A DNA stretch of 64,000 nt, taken from Desulfosporosinus sp. GTDB taxonomy: Bacteria > Bacillota > Desulfitobacteriia > Desulfitobacteriales > Desulfitobacteriaceae. The DNA lies in the NCBI GenBank assembly GCA_049302315.1, contig JBAQLX010000677.1, positions 11,425 through 75,424 of the forward strand. The letters run 5' to 3'. The notes under the pieces were generated by a model. It was not told where the DNA came from. It did not search any database and saw only the letters and a program-made list of their open reading frames with translations. Of this stretch, positions 1-9,305 are shown piece after piece. The position numbers and the translations under genes were made by a program. How positions within the stretch are numbered: position 1 is the stretch's first letter; each line of letters begins with the position of its first letter.

Positions 1-53
1 TTTAAGTAACCTCCACCTCTCTGCAAGCTCGTTCACATCCGCACACCAGCGGT

Positions 54-215
54 TTAAGTGATCTTCCCCGTATGAGTAAATATTTCTGCAACAGCCGGCC
101 TCAGTGGGCATTCGCCGCATTTCTTGGCATAGAATTTCTTGCAGGCATCACGGGCGGTTTGGGTTAGGTCCACTCTCTGCGTATCGCTCTGTATATCACT
201 CTGCTTATCACTCAT
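54..215 (-). CDS. hypothetical small protein (53 aa, below ORF-track cutoff)
   Basis: ATG 215-213, TAA 56-54; its ATG overlaps the upstream stop (ATGA); GAGGTG upstream; no motif recognised. Confidence 0.3.
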   Translation of the reverse strand: MSDKQSDIQSDTQRVDLTQTARDACKKFYAKKCGECPLRPAVAEIFTHTGKIT

Positions 216-391
216 CCCTGCACCTCATTCCGCTTTCTGATCAGCAATAACGCTAACCCATTCAACACTCTGGCATTACGGACGACGCGACCAGTTCGAG
301 TTTTCCGTGCGTCACAGATATATTTTCCGTTTCCGGTGTACTGAGGCGCACAGGCCCGGTAGTATTCGCCTTCGAATTTTAGGAGTTTCAT
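212..391 (-). CDS. hypothetical small protein (59 aa, below ORF-track cutoff)
   Basis: ATG 391-389 overlaps TGA of the upstream ORF (ATGA) and its TGA overlaps the next ATG; chain of translational coupling. Confidence 0.3.
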   Translation of the reverse strand: MKLLKFEGEYYRACAPQYTGNGKYICDARKTRTGRVVRNARVLNGLALLLIRKRNEVQG

Positions 392-747
392 TTATAAGAT
401 TCCAATATATTTTCGCTTTTGATAGCCATTATCTCGTTTATACTTATACCACTTATCCCCGCTGACCCTTTTGAATCCGTAGCCTCAAAATGCGCCTTCT
501 TATGTGTCGGATACATAAATTCGAACATAAGATAGTTTTTCGCGTCGACCAAGTATTCCGTGTTTCCGGTTTCCTGATATTTGTTAATGCATAAATTGCA
601 GGATTTTATTGCATTTACTAATTTTTTACCAAAATTATCTTCAATGGGGCCGTACTTAAAGAAACTGGTACATACTCTGTTTTTGCTTAACTGGTCGAAT
701 TCTTCTGAGTACTGCGTTTTTAGAATTTCTTCCATATTCAAACTCAT
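388..747 (-). CDS. hypothetical protein (possibly all-alpha NTP-pyrophosphohydrolase-like)
   Basis: ORF track 388..804; I prefer the internal ATG at 747, which does not overlap thyX; 'TEYLVDAKNYLMFEF' weakly resembles the MazG/dNTP-PPase helix; weak. Confidence 0.45.
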   Translation of the reverse strand: MSLNMEEILKTQYSEEFDQLSKNRVCTSFFKYGPIEDNFGKKLVNAIKSCNLCINKYQETGNTEYLVDAKNYLMFEFMYPTHKKAHFEATDSKGSAGISGISINEIMAIKSENILESYK

Positions 748-754
748 TTCCCCC

Positions 755-1411
755 TTAAACAGCTGATACTTCGGCATAATGTTCCGAAGGGAAATCCTCA
801 TCATACCCCACGTTACCGAATATCGGTGGCAATAGCTCCTGCAATTTCAGCAGTAACGGTATCGCAACCTGTCTCATTTGCGGATGGGCTGGTTTTGCGG
901 CTCTCAAGCTGAAGAAGTGCAGCCATTCGCGAATGTTGGCGGTCATCCATATTTCGGTTTTTAAGGAGTTAGGTAAGACGGAACGGGCTTCTTGGGGTGA
1001 TGCGCCTTTCTTTAGTAATGCTAAGTAGTACGCTTGTGCATCTAATAACGCTGACGTCCATATTGCGTACTCTACTGAATTACTCTGCCAAAAAAATGGT
1101 TCAATAACCGTTATCTCGCCTTCATGTCCATAATTGCAATACCTAGTGCTTTCCTGACTATAGCTCGCCAGCCTGTGCCTCACGATCTCATGTGACACCC
1201 CACGGTCAACAACAAACTTTACGGATATTTTTTCATGTTCCAAAACGGACAAGTGCCCCAATTTGACCAGCATCCCAATAAATTTCTCTGCGGAATCTTC
1301 TGTGATCCGGTCCTCGCTCTTGTAGCAAACGCGACCTTTTTTCTCGATTCTCCTGAGTAGTTCCGGCCAGTCTTGGTTTTCAATTTCTACTGACGGTTGA
1401 ATGATTTTCAT
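755..1411 (-). CDS. thyX: FAD-dependent thymidylate synthase ThyX
   Basis: ThyX signature 'RHRLASYSQESTRY' (RHRxxSxxxxSxRY), typical length of 218 aa. Confidence 0.9.
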   Translation of the reverse strand: MKIIQPSVEIENQDWPELLRRIEKKGRVCYKSEDRITEDSAEKFIGMLVKLGHLSVLEHEKISVKFVVDRGVSHEIVRHRLASYSQESTRYCNYGHEGEITVIEPFFWQSNSVEYAIWTSALLDAQAYYLALLKKGASPQEARSVLPNSLKTEIWMTANIREWLHFFSLRAAKPAHPQMRQVAIPLLLKLQELLPPIFGNVGYDEDFPSEHYAEVSAV

Positions 1412-1596
1412 CCCTGTACCCCTCTCTTTCTCTTACAATTATGATTTTGGTCATTCTTTGCGTCGCCATTCCGTAACCCGATCCTTTTCTCTTTATTCCC
1501 CTTTTTCTGCTCGTCGATGGGCGGCATTGCGGTATACAGGTCCCATAGGGTTTTGAGGCGTTGGCGGATTTCTTCCGGCGTCATGCCCGTTATCAT
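1408..1596 (-). CDS. hypothetical protein
   Basis: ORF in operon context with 4-nt overlaps on both sides. Confidence 0.5.
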   Translation of the reverse strand: MITGMTPEEIRQRLKTLWDLYTAMPPIDEQKKGNKEKRIGLRNGDAKNDQNHNCKRKRGVQG

Positions 1597-1940
1597 GGCT
1601 TGTCCTGCTGTTGCATTTGCTTTAGCGCTTCTTCGGCGGCTTCGCGAGAAGTATAGTAATGAATCCCTTCTGCGTAAAAATAAAATTCAAATTTTCTCTT
1701 AACAATAGAACGTTCAACCTCTCGCGCCATAGAACTCCAAATCTCTTTAATGCACCACACTTCTGTGCCCAATGCTATCGGAAGCACCAATAATCTGCCT
1801 TCCGCTTTAGCCTTAGCAAGTTCGGCAATATCCGAATATTTAACCCATAATCCATCTTTCGACTCATAAGCGTTAACTTGTTCTTCGCTACAGTATTTGT
1901 TAAATTCGGTCCTCATGTCATACCGTTTATACTTGCTCAT
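1593..1940 (-). CDS. hypothetical protein
   Basis: ORF coupled to neighbours by 4-nt overlaps. Confidence 0.55.
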   Translation of the reverse strand: MSKYKRYDMRTEFNKYCSEEQVNAYESKDGLWVKYSDIAELAKAKAEGRLLVLPIALGTEVWCIKEIWSSMAREVERSIVKRKFEFYFYAEGIHYYTSREAAEEALKQMQQQDKP

Positions 1941-2800
1941 TTACTCATCCTCTCCGGCTTTTCATCCCATGTCCGTCCGTCTAGTTCGCGGCCAGCTTTC
2001 TTTTTACCGACGCGCTTAAGGCAATAGTTTAGGCCTGGGAAAAATAATTCTCCTGGAGTTGGGTTGCCTTTTGCTTCGGCTAGAGTTCCAGTCGGCAGCC
2101 ACTCTCCCCACTGCTTGAAGAAAAACGGTACGCCTGCCGCCTGACACTGATCTCTCAAGCTTCGTACCCAATCCGGATGAACTGGCCGCGCCCCTGGCCC
2201 GGATTCTCCGCCGACTATTACCCAATCAAGTTTGGCTAATTCACTACCTCCTCCTAACCAATAAACGAATCCCCCGAGAGAGTCTATGAAGGCATTCTTA
2301 TTTGGCTCTATACGAGTTAAATTTAAGCTACCTAGTAACGGCTCCGCACTAATAAACCTCACTACTGCCGGTGTCTGCAGGAGTAGCGGAATCCGTTCGT
2401 CTACTGCGGCCTGGTTTTCAACGGAGACGCCGAGCCATGCATTTTTCGGCCACTCGAATTCCTTGTATCTCTTTGGATTCTTAGTCAAGAAAAGATAAAT
2501 ATGTCGCAAACTCATGCGAACCGTATCAAGTACCTCGTTAATCCATTCAGCTGGTACCCAATCTCCAAATAGATCTCCCATATCACTTACGAATATTCTC
2601 GACGGCTTACTTTGTTTTCTCGGTTCAATTAATCTGTCACCGTGAAACATTGGTTCAAACCCGTTAGGGAACGCCTTGCTCCCATTAAACCGTTCTGCAA
2701 TTCTTCGAGCAAAACAATAGGTACAACCATGTAGGCAACCTGTTACTGGATTCCATGTATAGTCGCAATAAGGGATTCCGTTTTTGCCCTGCTTATTCAC
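1937..2800 (-). CDS. phage Gp37/Gp68 family protein (DUF5131, Cys-cluster enzyme)
   Basis: N-terminus 'IPYCDYTWNPVTGCLHGCTYCFARR' is the characteristic Gp37Gp68 family start; GTG start. Confidence 0.8.
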   Translation of the reverse strand: MNKQGKNGIPYCDYTWNPVTGCLHGCTYCFARRIAERFNGSKAFPNGFEPMFHGDRLIEPRKQSKPSRIFVSDMGDLFGDWVPAEWINEVLDTVRMSLRHIYLFLTKNPKRYKEFEWPKNAWLGVSVENQAAVDERIPLLLQTPAVVRFISAEPLLGSLNLTRIEPNKNAFIDSLGGFVYWLGGGSELAKLDWVIVGGESGPGARPVHPDWVRSLRDQCQAAGVPFFFKQWGEWLPTGTLAEAKGNPTPGELFFPGLNYCLKRVGKKKAGRELDGRTWDEKPERMSK

Positions 2801-2921
2801 GCCTTACTCCCCCAATTCGTATCCAACGACAATCATCAATCTTGGAATAACCGCATTGATCCTTTTCTCCGCAGGCCTGACATTGGCAGGCTCCAGCTTT
2901 ACATTTTCGGCATTTGCACAT
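2793..2921 (-). CDS. Cys-rich mini-protein (42 aa, 8 Cys; below ORF-track cutoff)
   Basis: GGAGGT-N9-ATG at 2921; translation MCKCRKCKAGACQCQACGEKDQCGYSKIDDCRWIRIGGVRRE; stop overlaps the GTG start of the Gp37/Gp68 gene by 8 nt. Confidence 0.3.
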   Translation of the reverse strand: MCKCRKCKAGACQCQACGEKDQCGYSKIDDCRWIRIGGVRRE

Positions 2922-2922
2922 C

Positions 2923-3453
2923 TTAGCTCGACCTCCTGTCCGGATTTACGTAAGGAACTGCATTCCCTTTTTTCTCGATACCTAATTTCAAAAGCCTATC
3001 TTGAACCCATGTGTACCAAACCTTGTTAGATGCACTTAGGGGTATAAAGTCTGCTGCAACCTGTCGATATTCCTTTAACTCACCACTTGCCCACGCTCTA
3101 GGAAGATACAGCCACCAAGGCTCATACTTGATAGAAAGCTTGTCCGCCCAACAAAGTTTAGAAGGTTCGACTCCGACATTTCTTGCGTAGTGCCTACTGT
3201 GATAAAGGCACAAGTCAAGGTATTCGGGTCCTAACCATTTACCGGCTAATTTAGCCGCCAACTCTGGGTGATATTCTCCTTCTGGTCCATCCATATTCGA
3301 TGCGAACCAATAACCCCAATCGTGGATAATGATGCAAACTATCTCTTTCCACGATGGTCTGCCGTATAAGTACCACCAAGCGGCTAGAACCGTGATCGGA
3401 TGCCATAGAAATTGATGTACTCCGAACAATAGGCTTTTACGTCCGACTTTCAT
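2923..3453 (-). CDS. hypothetical protein (hydrophobic N-terminal half, 'IIHDWGYW' motif)
   Basis: ORF in operon; no confident family. Confidence 0.55.
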   Translation of the reverse strand: MKVGRKSLLFGVHQFLWHPITVLAAWWYLYGRPSWKEIVCIIIHDWGYWFASNMDGPEGEYHPELAAKLAGKWLGPEYLDLCLYHSRHYARNVGVEPSKLCWADKLSIKYEPWWLYLPRAWASGELKEYRQVAADFIPLSASNKVWYTWVQDRLLKLGIEKKGNAVPYVNPDRRSS

Positions 3454-4040
3454 GATTCGTCCTCCTTCGGTTTCCGGTTACAACAATCAACTCCGCAAGT
3501 TTCGCAAGGATCTTCACCGATCTTGTCGATTTCCTCTCTCGTCATTGCATGGAATAGGCACCGTTGGCACTTTTCCTCAAGCTTGCGGAGGTCTTCTTTG
3601 TTTCCCTGCATAAGTTGTTTGATTACCCGCTTAACATCTGTCTTAGCGCTTTGTTCCTGGCTAATCCTCTCACTCAATCTCTCCAACTTGCTCTGTCGAA
3701 TCATTCCTGTATCTAACCCTAGCATGATCTCGACCTGGTCCAACATAATCCTCACATCAGCGACCTCCTCCGCGATGTTGGGTAAGTCACTCTTTGCGAT
3801 GGCAATGATGAGTTCGCCGCATTCTTCGATTGCCTTAGTAAACTGGGCCTGCTCTCCGTAGTGCTGGATTGCTTCGTGTAGGATGTGTTCCTTTACGCCT
3901 GTGTATTTTTCCATGTTCCAACGTTGTTTTGATTCTCTGCATTCAGTTGTTTGCCTAGGTGTCCAAAGAGAATAATCGTTGCATCCTGAGTTCGTACATA
4001 GTTTCTTACCGCATGTATCGCACGAGAATATGGTGTTCAT
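3450..4040 (-). CDS. MazG-like nucleotide pyrophosphohydrolase with flanking Cys clusters
   Basis: 'AIEECGELIIAIAK...IAEEVADVRIMLDQV' matches the MazG EExxE/ExxD helix pattern; CxxC pairs at both termini. Confidence 0.7.
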   Translation of the reverse strand: MNTIFSCDTCGKKLCTNSGCNDYSLWTPRQTTECRESKQRWNMEKYTGVKEHILHEAIQHYGEQAQFTKAIEECGELIIAIAKSDLPNIAEEVADVRIMLDQVEIMLGLDTGMIRQSKLERLSERISQEQSAKTDVKRVIKQLMQGNKEDLRKLEEKCQRCLFHAMTREEIDKIGEDPCETCGVDCCNRKPKEDES

Positions 4041-4162
4041 CTATCAACGTCCTCCCAATCGCTTCCCTTTTTACATAATTCATATACAAATACAAATTCA
4101 TAAGCTTCATAATTTCAACGGCAGTCGATAGTTGCCATCTGGCTAAGTAAATCAAGTATGTT

Positions 4163-4354
4163 TCAATCATGTCCTTCCCGCCAATCAAAAGACTCTGCCT
4201 TCTTTTTGTATTCGTTCGACACTCTTTCGATTGCGCGCCCCAGCCTTAAATCCCCATTCTCAACGGCCTTTGTCGCGTTTTTTATAGCTTTTATGGCTTT
4301 GCGGTAATAATGTCCCATTTTTATCAACGCGATCAGTTTTTGGAAGTTAGTCAA
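4163..4354 (-). CDS. hypothetical protein
   Basis: ORF only. Confidence 0.45.
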   Translation of the reverse strand: MTNFQKLIALIKMGHYYRKAIKAIKNATKAVENGDLRLGRAIERVSNEYKKKAESFDWREGHD

Positions 4355-4377
4355 TTAGATTGCACCTTCTTTCTTAA

Positions 4378-4722
4378 TCACACATTCCCCAACTGCTTCC
4401 TAGCCACTTGAATACACCTCTCGAACTGTCTCTGATCCCTGGCCTGAAAACTCTCGTCCACTTCCGGTATCATCGCCGCGCACATCCATTCGACGTAAGG
4501 TTTTTTGTGCTCGTATTTCTGGCCCATATCCCAAAGCGTTATCGATAATATGAGTGAGTTTACTTCCTCGTCCCAATTTGGTAGTTGGTGATCGATGGCG
4601 TATTTCGCAAGCTCTGCGACGACTTCGTTGTATTCCTCAGCGTATTTCTGCCGGATTTCTGGAGCGAGGGCGTCGGCTTTGGATTTGCGGGTTAGTAGGG
4701 TTTGGATTTCGGGTGGAATCAT
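4378..4722 (-). CDS. hypothetical protein
   Basis: ORF only. Confidence 0.55.
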   Translation of the reverse strand: MIPPEIQTLLTRKSKADALAPEIRQKYAEEYNEVVAELAKYAIDHQLPNWDEEVNSLILSITLWDMGQKYEHKKPYVEWMCAAMIPEVDESFQARDQRQFERCIQVARKQLGNV

Positions 4723-4752
4723 ACGAAAGACCTCCTAAGTGGTATAAATTGT

Positions 4753-4965
4753 CTATTTCCATTTAAAACACTTAAAGCATTCCGCCGCTCTAGCCTCTTC
4801 GATGTATCCGATATCATCATCCATAACCATTTCTAATATTTCTCCCTCATTTGTCAGCGCAAGGCATATAATTTTTGCCTCTTCTTCCTCAAAATTTAAT
4901 CCCATATTATAAACTGCAAATAAATTACTCGGTGCAGGTATAATCTGGATTATTTTACCTTTCAC
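4753..4965 (-). CDS. hypothetical protein
   Basis: ORF only; first gene downstream of the iteron region. Confidence 0.5.
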   Translation of the reverse strand: MKGKIIQIIPAPSNLFAVYNMGLNFEEEEAKIICLALTNEGEILEMVMDDDIGYIEEARAAECFKCFKWK

Positions 4966-4993
4966 GATTTATCCTCCTTCGAAATTTTAGATT

Positions 4994-5270
4994 GTGGCGA
5001 CAGTGGCGACAGAGTGGCGACATTTTGAAAATCTATATCCTTACTCTCCCAAGGGTTTCAGGGTTTTGTCGCCACTGTCGCCATGTCTCAATGAAAAATA
5101 GGGTGTATATATATCTGACATAAGACACGGAAAAGAAAAGTATATAAAGAGCCTTTCTTTAGGAAATAGTATTGGGACAGTGGAGACAATGGAGACACAT
5201 ATCTATATCCTTACTCTCCCAAGGGTTTCAGGGTTTTGTCTTGTCGCCACTCTTGTCGCCACGTCGCCAC
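4994..5270. repeat. iteron-rich, origin-of-replication-like region
   Basis: GTGGCGACA x3 (4994-5022); perfect 40-bp direct repeat at 5031-5070 and 5201-5240; inverted iterons TGTCGCCAC/T (5067-5084, 5242-5270); degenerate GTGGAGACA x2 (5179-5196); A/T-rich spacer 5100-5160; abuts the 3' end of the primase-helicase gene. Confidence 0.6.
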
Positions 5271-5275
5271 TCTTG

Positions 5276-8191
5276 CTAGTCACCTTGTTCTTCTGGGAAC
5301 ACAATACATCTTGGTTTAGTTCCGCCAATTCTTTTCTCTGCTTCAAACCTCACTACTCCCTTTGAGTCAGTGAACGTTTTTATTTTCTTTGTGTTTGCCC
5401 AATCCTTAATAATTTTCTGGGCTGAAGAATGTTTTTCTAAAAATTTATTAACCAAACTTCGGATAACGTAAATATTTGTGCCATCTTTTATGCCAATCTT
5501 CTTAGATGTAAACGTATCTTTAAGGTATTCGCTATTTTCCCCTACCCAGTCCTGAAATTCCAACCATGCACGCTCTGACTCACTAGCCTCTTGTTTGCGT
5601 ATTAATCGATCTGCTATTGCTGCACCCATCGAATAGGTTTCTCCCTTTGCCTCCATCACCTCCGTGCCAAACACCCAAGCCCCAGAAAAATAATCAGCGG
5701 TCATAACACACGCCAGGGCATCAAGATGGCTATCTAATTTTTCTGAATAGTATTGCCTTAGCCATCCTTGAGCTTCGTGGTAAAAGTCAACCAAGTCACT
5801 ACGCCTTGCATCCATAAGTGCCTTAAGGAATACGATTCCAGCATAACCATGGCAATCAGGAAGAAACTCGTAAAGATAGCGAGAGAGAGCTTTATTATTA
5901 ACTAATGGTCCACCATCCAATTCGATTAATCGATTCATGAACCCATCCATAGAACTTGCATTAGTAAGTGGACCCTCACCTGTTGTTAGAACAATTGTTC
6001 TCCATGTGTTTAATTTTTGTAAACCGGTTTTACTGCCGCGCCCCTTGCCCTTGCCTTCGGCCAGCATGTAGACAATAGACGAGATGTCCATTTTTTGCTG
6101 TTGACTTAATACCTCGCGCTCATTTATACCAAATGGTAAATCCGAAAATAAACTCGCTCTGCGCTCAAGAGAGGTTGGTGAATTATTAAAGCTTGCGATA
6201 ACTGGATCTGGATCAGCCCAGATTGACAATGCCGCCCAAAGTGTCGCAGTTTTACCTCCTCCGGATTCACCATGATTATGAACAACAAAGTTTCTCTGGG
6301 AGAGTAACTTAAGAAGCGGGGCCGCAAAACTAGCAGAGAGGATAAATCGGGCATTAGGGGATGAGTTGCGGACCTGATTGGCAACATTTAACCAATTAGA
6401 TAGTTCCCCTAATGGGGAAAAACCTTTCAATGCGTGCTTGCTTTCGATATCGTCAATGTCAATTTCGATATCTGAACAAAGTCCGGGAAAAATAAACGCT
6501 TTCCCTCTCCAGCCAAAACGAGAGACAGCTTTCTGAATTGGGATACCCTGGTTGGCGAATAAACAATCGTCGAAGTATTTAGCTGCATAGCGGGCACTCT
6601 CTGAACTAACAGCAAGACCTCTGTCAGATAAGTTAATAACGAGTCTAGAGTTTACTGCCACTGAGCGCGGTACAACTAGATCACGCCAGTGCCCCATGTG
6701 TCTATAAGCTATTTTTAAGGACTCAGAATCGGTATCTTCGTTGTATAACCTAGTCTTAATATAAGCAGGGCACCCTAACGCCCTAACAAGTATTGGCCCA
6801 CTGTCCATCATTTTGACGTAACTGATTCCATTGTTAGTAATTCTAAATGCCGTGGGAATAATGTAATCTTTAGGCATTTCCGATAGCTCACCACAAGGAA
6901 TATCAAGTACTTTGTCTGGTCCTGGCAGCTCGATTAGGACTTCGGAATTTACTGATTGCGTGGTCTGCTTAATCGCGGCTTCGAGATGTCTGAGGTTGAT
7001 AGCTCCTCTGAGCTTGTCCACCACCTTGGCATACAACGTCGCGTCATTTCGCTTTACAATCGCCAGCGCATTGATCATGTCGGGATTAAAAATTTTCTCC
7101 GCACTCGGTATCCCAATCATGTTTACTTTTGCACGAGCGATATCGATGCGGCTAAGCGAGAAAGAGCAAGGAGACTTCACGCCACATCCACCGGAGGGGC
7201 AAGAGAATCCATGGTTAGCGCGGATATATTCACAAGTGTGTGGGTTCATTTTGAGCGCTTCGGAAATACGAAAATCGGTGCCCTTTGGTGTGTATCTGCC
7301 AGAGTCTGGGGACGACAGCTCATGACACTTATCAATACCGTCCGTACCCCTGATAACATTCGTGAGCATTGACAGCCATTCGCCATAGGTGATTTTCTGA
7401 GCGTTGATCAGGCAATGTTGCAAGAACTGGCAGTTTGCAATCATTAACTCTGAGCTCGCGTCCGTGGATCTGCGTTCGAATGAGCCATGATTTGTTATCT
7501 CTGATCGGAAATCGATATCTGGAATGAGGTCTTCGAGTTCCGATGGGTCGTACCTCACGGAATCATTAAACGACATAATCTGAACCGGTTTACTCATACC
7601 TAACTTATGATTCAGTGTTCCCGGAACCCTTAGAACGCGGGATAGGTCTGGTGTGCTGTCGAGCTTCCATCCGCGCTCTTGGGCAAGAGATTTAATGTAT
7701 GCCTGCAGACGGATCATGAGGTTCGATGCCCTGAGATTCTCCTCCTGGGACTCGAATACCCAGCATTCCTTGAGTAGCCAGTACATGTGCAGGCCGTTCC
7801 CTGAGGATACTGTGATACTGGGTTGCAAGAACTCTGGTAGTATACTCAGTGCATCCTCAATCGTAGGCGGGAGATCTGTTTGTTTATGCGCTGGCCCGAG
7901 TATGTCAACATCCATCCATAAGCAAGAGATAAACGAGACGTTATTGGCAAGTAGTCGTTCGTTATCGGGGATCTTATTAACGGACCCGCCAAGCCCAAAG
8001 TACACGTCTCTCTCGTCCTGGATTGCTTGAGCAGCGCTTGACATCATCTTTAGCTCGTCAACGGAACCGACGGAACCAACGGAGAATGACCACGTTTTAT
8101 GATCGGGCAGCGTCCAAAGGTATACGTGCCCAGATTCGAGATTACCGTATAGTGCGGTTAGGAATTTTAGAGTATCGTTGGTATCGGACAC
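5276..8191 (-). CDS. bifunctional primase-polymerase / DUF927-type helicase (replication initiator)
   Basis: N-terminal prim-pol-like region ('CLWMDVDIL', 'GNGLHMYWLL'), Cys cluster, C-terminal Walker A 'HGESGGGKTATL' as in DUF927/D5-like helicases; 971 aa. Confidence 0.85.
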   Translation of the reverse strand: MSDTNDTLKFLTALYGNLESGHVYLWTLPDHKTWSFSVGSVGSVDELKMMSSAAQAIQDERDVYFGLGGSVNKIPDNERLLANNVSFISCLWMDVDILGPAHKQTDLPPTIEDALSILPEFLQPSITVSSGNGLHMYWLLKECWVFESQEENLRASNLMIRLQAYIKSLAQERGWKLDSTPDLSRVLRVPGTLNHKLGMSKPVQIMSFNDSVRYDPSELEDLIPDIDFRSEITNHGSFERRSTDASSELMIANCQFLQHCLINAQKITYGEWLSMLTNVIRGTDGIDKCHELSSPDSGRYTPKGTDFRISEALKMNPHTCEYIRANHGFSCPSGGCGVKSPCSFSLSRIDIARAKVNMIGIPSAEKIFNPDMINALAIVKRNDATLYAKVVDKLRGAINLRHLEAAIKQTTQSVNSEVLIELPGPDKVLDIPCGELSEMPKDYIIPTAFRITNNGISYVKMMDSGPILVRALGCPAYIKTRLYNEDTDSESLKIAYRHMGHWRDLVVPRSVAVNSRLVINLSDRGLAVSSESARYAAKYFDDCLFANQGIPIQKAVSRFGWRGKAFIFPGLCSDIEIDIDDIESKHALKGFSPLGELSNWLNVANQVRNSSPNARFILSASFAAPLLKLLSQRNFVVHNHGESGGGKTATLWAALSIWADPDPVIASFNNSPTSLERRASLFSDLPFGINEREVLSQQQKMDISSIVYMLAEGKGKGRGSKTGLQKLNTWRTIVLTTGEGPLTNASSMDGFMNRLIELDGGPLVNNKALSRYLYEFLPDCHGYAGIVFLKALMDARRSDLVDFYHEAQGWLRQYYSEKLDSHLDALACVMTADYFSGAWVFGTEVMEAKGETYSMGAAIADRLIRKQEASESERAWLEFQDWVGENSEYLKDTFTSKKIGIKDGTNIYVIRSLVNKFLEKHSSAQKIIKDWANTKKIKTFTDSKGVVRFEAEKRIGGTKPRCIVFPEEQGD

Positions 8192-8222
8192 GAATTATCC
8201 CTTCTCTCGGTACCGCGTATAA

Positions 8223-8966
8223 TCAACTGAATGACGCTTCCGGTTCTTTTTCGACTTTTACCTCGTCTTCTAGAAACTCAGAATCAATTTCGATGTCCGA
8301 CCCGTTCTGCTTTAGCTTAAGGAGATAAATCTTCAGGTCATCAAGATGTCTCAGTGAGTTGATTGAAGTATCTATTTCTACCGATAACGACCATGGATAC
8401 TTCATGAATTTCGAAAGACGAATCTCGAAATTAAGCCCCTCGTCCTTCTCGCACTCAAAAACAACCTTCGCATATTCAAAGCTTGAACTCGACCAAGCTC
8501 GCTTCTCCTCTCGCTCAACCTCCATCGCGACGTTTACATTTTCGTAGGAAACACCATCATCGTAGTCAACTTCTAGCTTGCCAGTATTTACGTTTTTAGA
8601 GACAAACTTCTTAAACTCTTCGAAGATATCTGACAGCTTAACAACTTTAGGAAATTCGGAATCGACCATTAATTCTTTAAAGTTTTTCAGTATTTTTTTG
8701 TTGTCTAAAGAGGTTTTCTTGAGGATTTCGGTCAGCACGGAATCCAGTTTAACGATATATTCCGAGTAGTCGTAAGACTCAAGCTGCTTGACCATGACAT
8801 CTTTAATTTTATTCTCAATAACTTTAGTGGCATCTCCGAAGTGTCCAAGCAAGCTTTTTAATGCTTCATTGATACCTTTTTCAAGGTTTTCAGCCACTAA
8901 ACGCTCAATTATGCCTTCCTCTAATTTTTGGGTTATTACATCTTTGATTGCGTTTTCTATACTCAT
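8223..8966 (-). CDS. hypothetical acidic protein
   Basis: 247-aa ORF, E/D/K-rich, no motif recognised. Confidence 0.6.
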   Translation of the reverse strand: MSIENAIKDVITQKLEEGIIERLVAENLEKGINEALKSLLGHFGDATKVIENKIKDVMVKQLESYDYSEYIVKLDSVLTEILKKTSLDNKKILKNFKELMVDSEFPKVVKLSDIFEEFKKFVSKNVNTGKLEVDYDDGVSYENVNVAMEVEREEKRAWSSSSFEYAKVVFECEKDEGLNFEIRLSKFMKYPWSLSVEIDTSINSLRHLDDLKIYLLKLKQNGSDIEIDSEFLEDEVKVEKEPEASFS

Positions 8967-9019
8967 AAAATCATCCCTTCACTGTTGATAATAATCAAAA
9001 CTCTTACTCATTCGACTTA

Positions 9020-9301
9020 TCACTTGGGCAATAATTCAGGGTTGATATGTTTCCTTGGGATGTTGGCAATATACAATCCTCCGCCATCCATAAGCGCATT
9101 TACTCCGTTCCCGATAAACAAGTCAGGTGAAAAAACGTGCTCTAACTTATGGGAGTAATTAACCTTTCTCTTTGTAGGAGCACTAACGCTTCCTCCAGTC
9201 GTTATGCCAGTTACGAAAACCCTATCAGGATGAGCTTCTTTTATTTGTTGCAAAACGCCGATTAACTTATCGACATCTGTTATGACATAATTTGATTTCA
9301 T
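9020..9301 (-). CDS. hypothetical protein
   Basis: ORF only. Confidence 0.5.
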   Translation of the reverse strand: MKSNYVITDVDKLIGVLQQIKEAHPDRVFVTGITTGGSVSAPTKRKVNYSHKLEHVFSPDLFIGNGVNALMDGGGLYIANIPRKHINPELLPK

Positions 9302-9305
9302 TTCC

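Noticed and set aside
4994-5270. Possible CRISPR array, because of clustered short repeats
   Set aside because: The units are only 8-9 bp, directly abutting or in inverted orientation, with no spacer-like unique segments of regular length and no cas genes. The pattern fits iterons and an origin instead.
6912-8328. Several 100-140-aa plus-strand ORFs (6912..7325, 6956..7372, 7653..8030, 8023..8328)
   Set aside because: All are antisense to the 971-aa primase-helicase gene, they overlap one another in different frames, and they lack RBSs. The same reasoning applies to the many plus-strand ORFs inside the SbcCD-like gene (15506-18354) and the tape measure gene (57489-59795).
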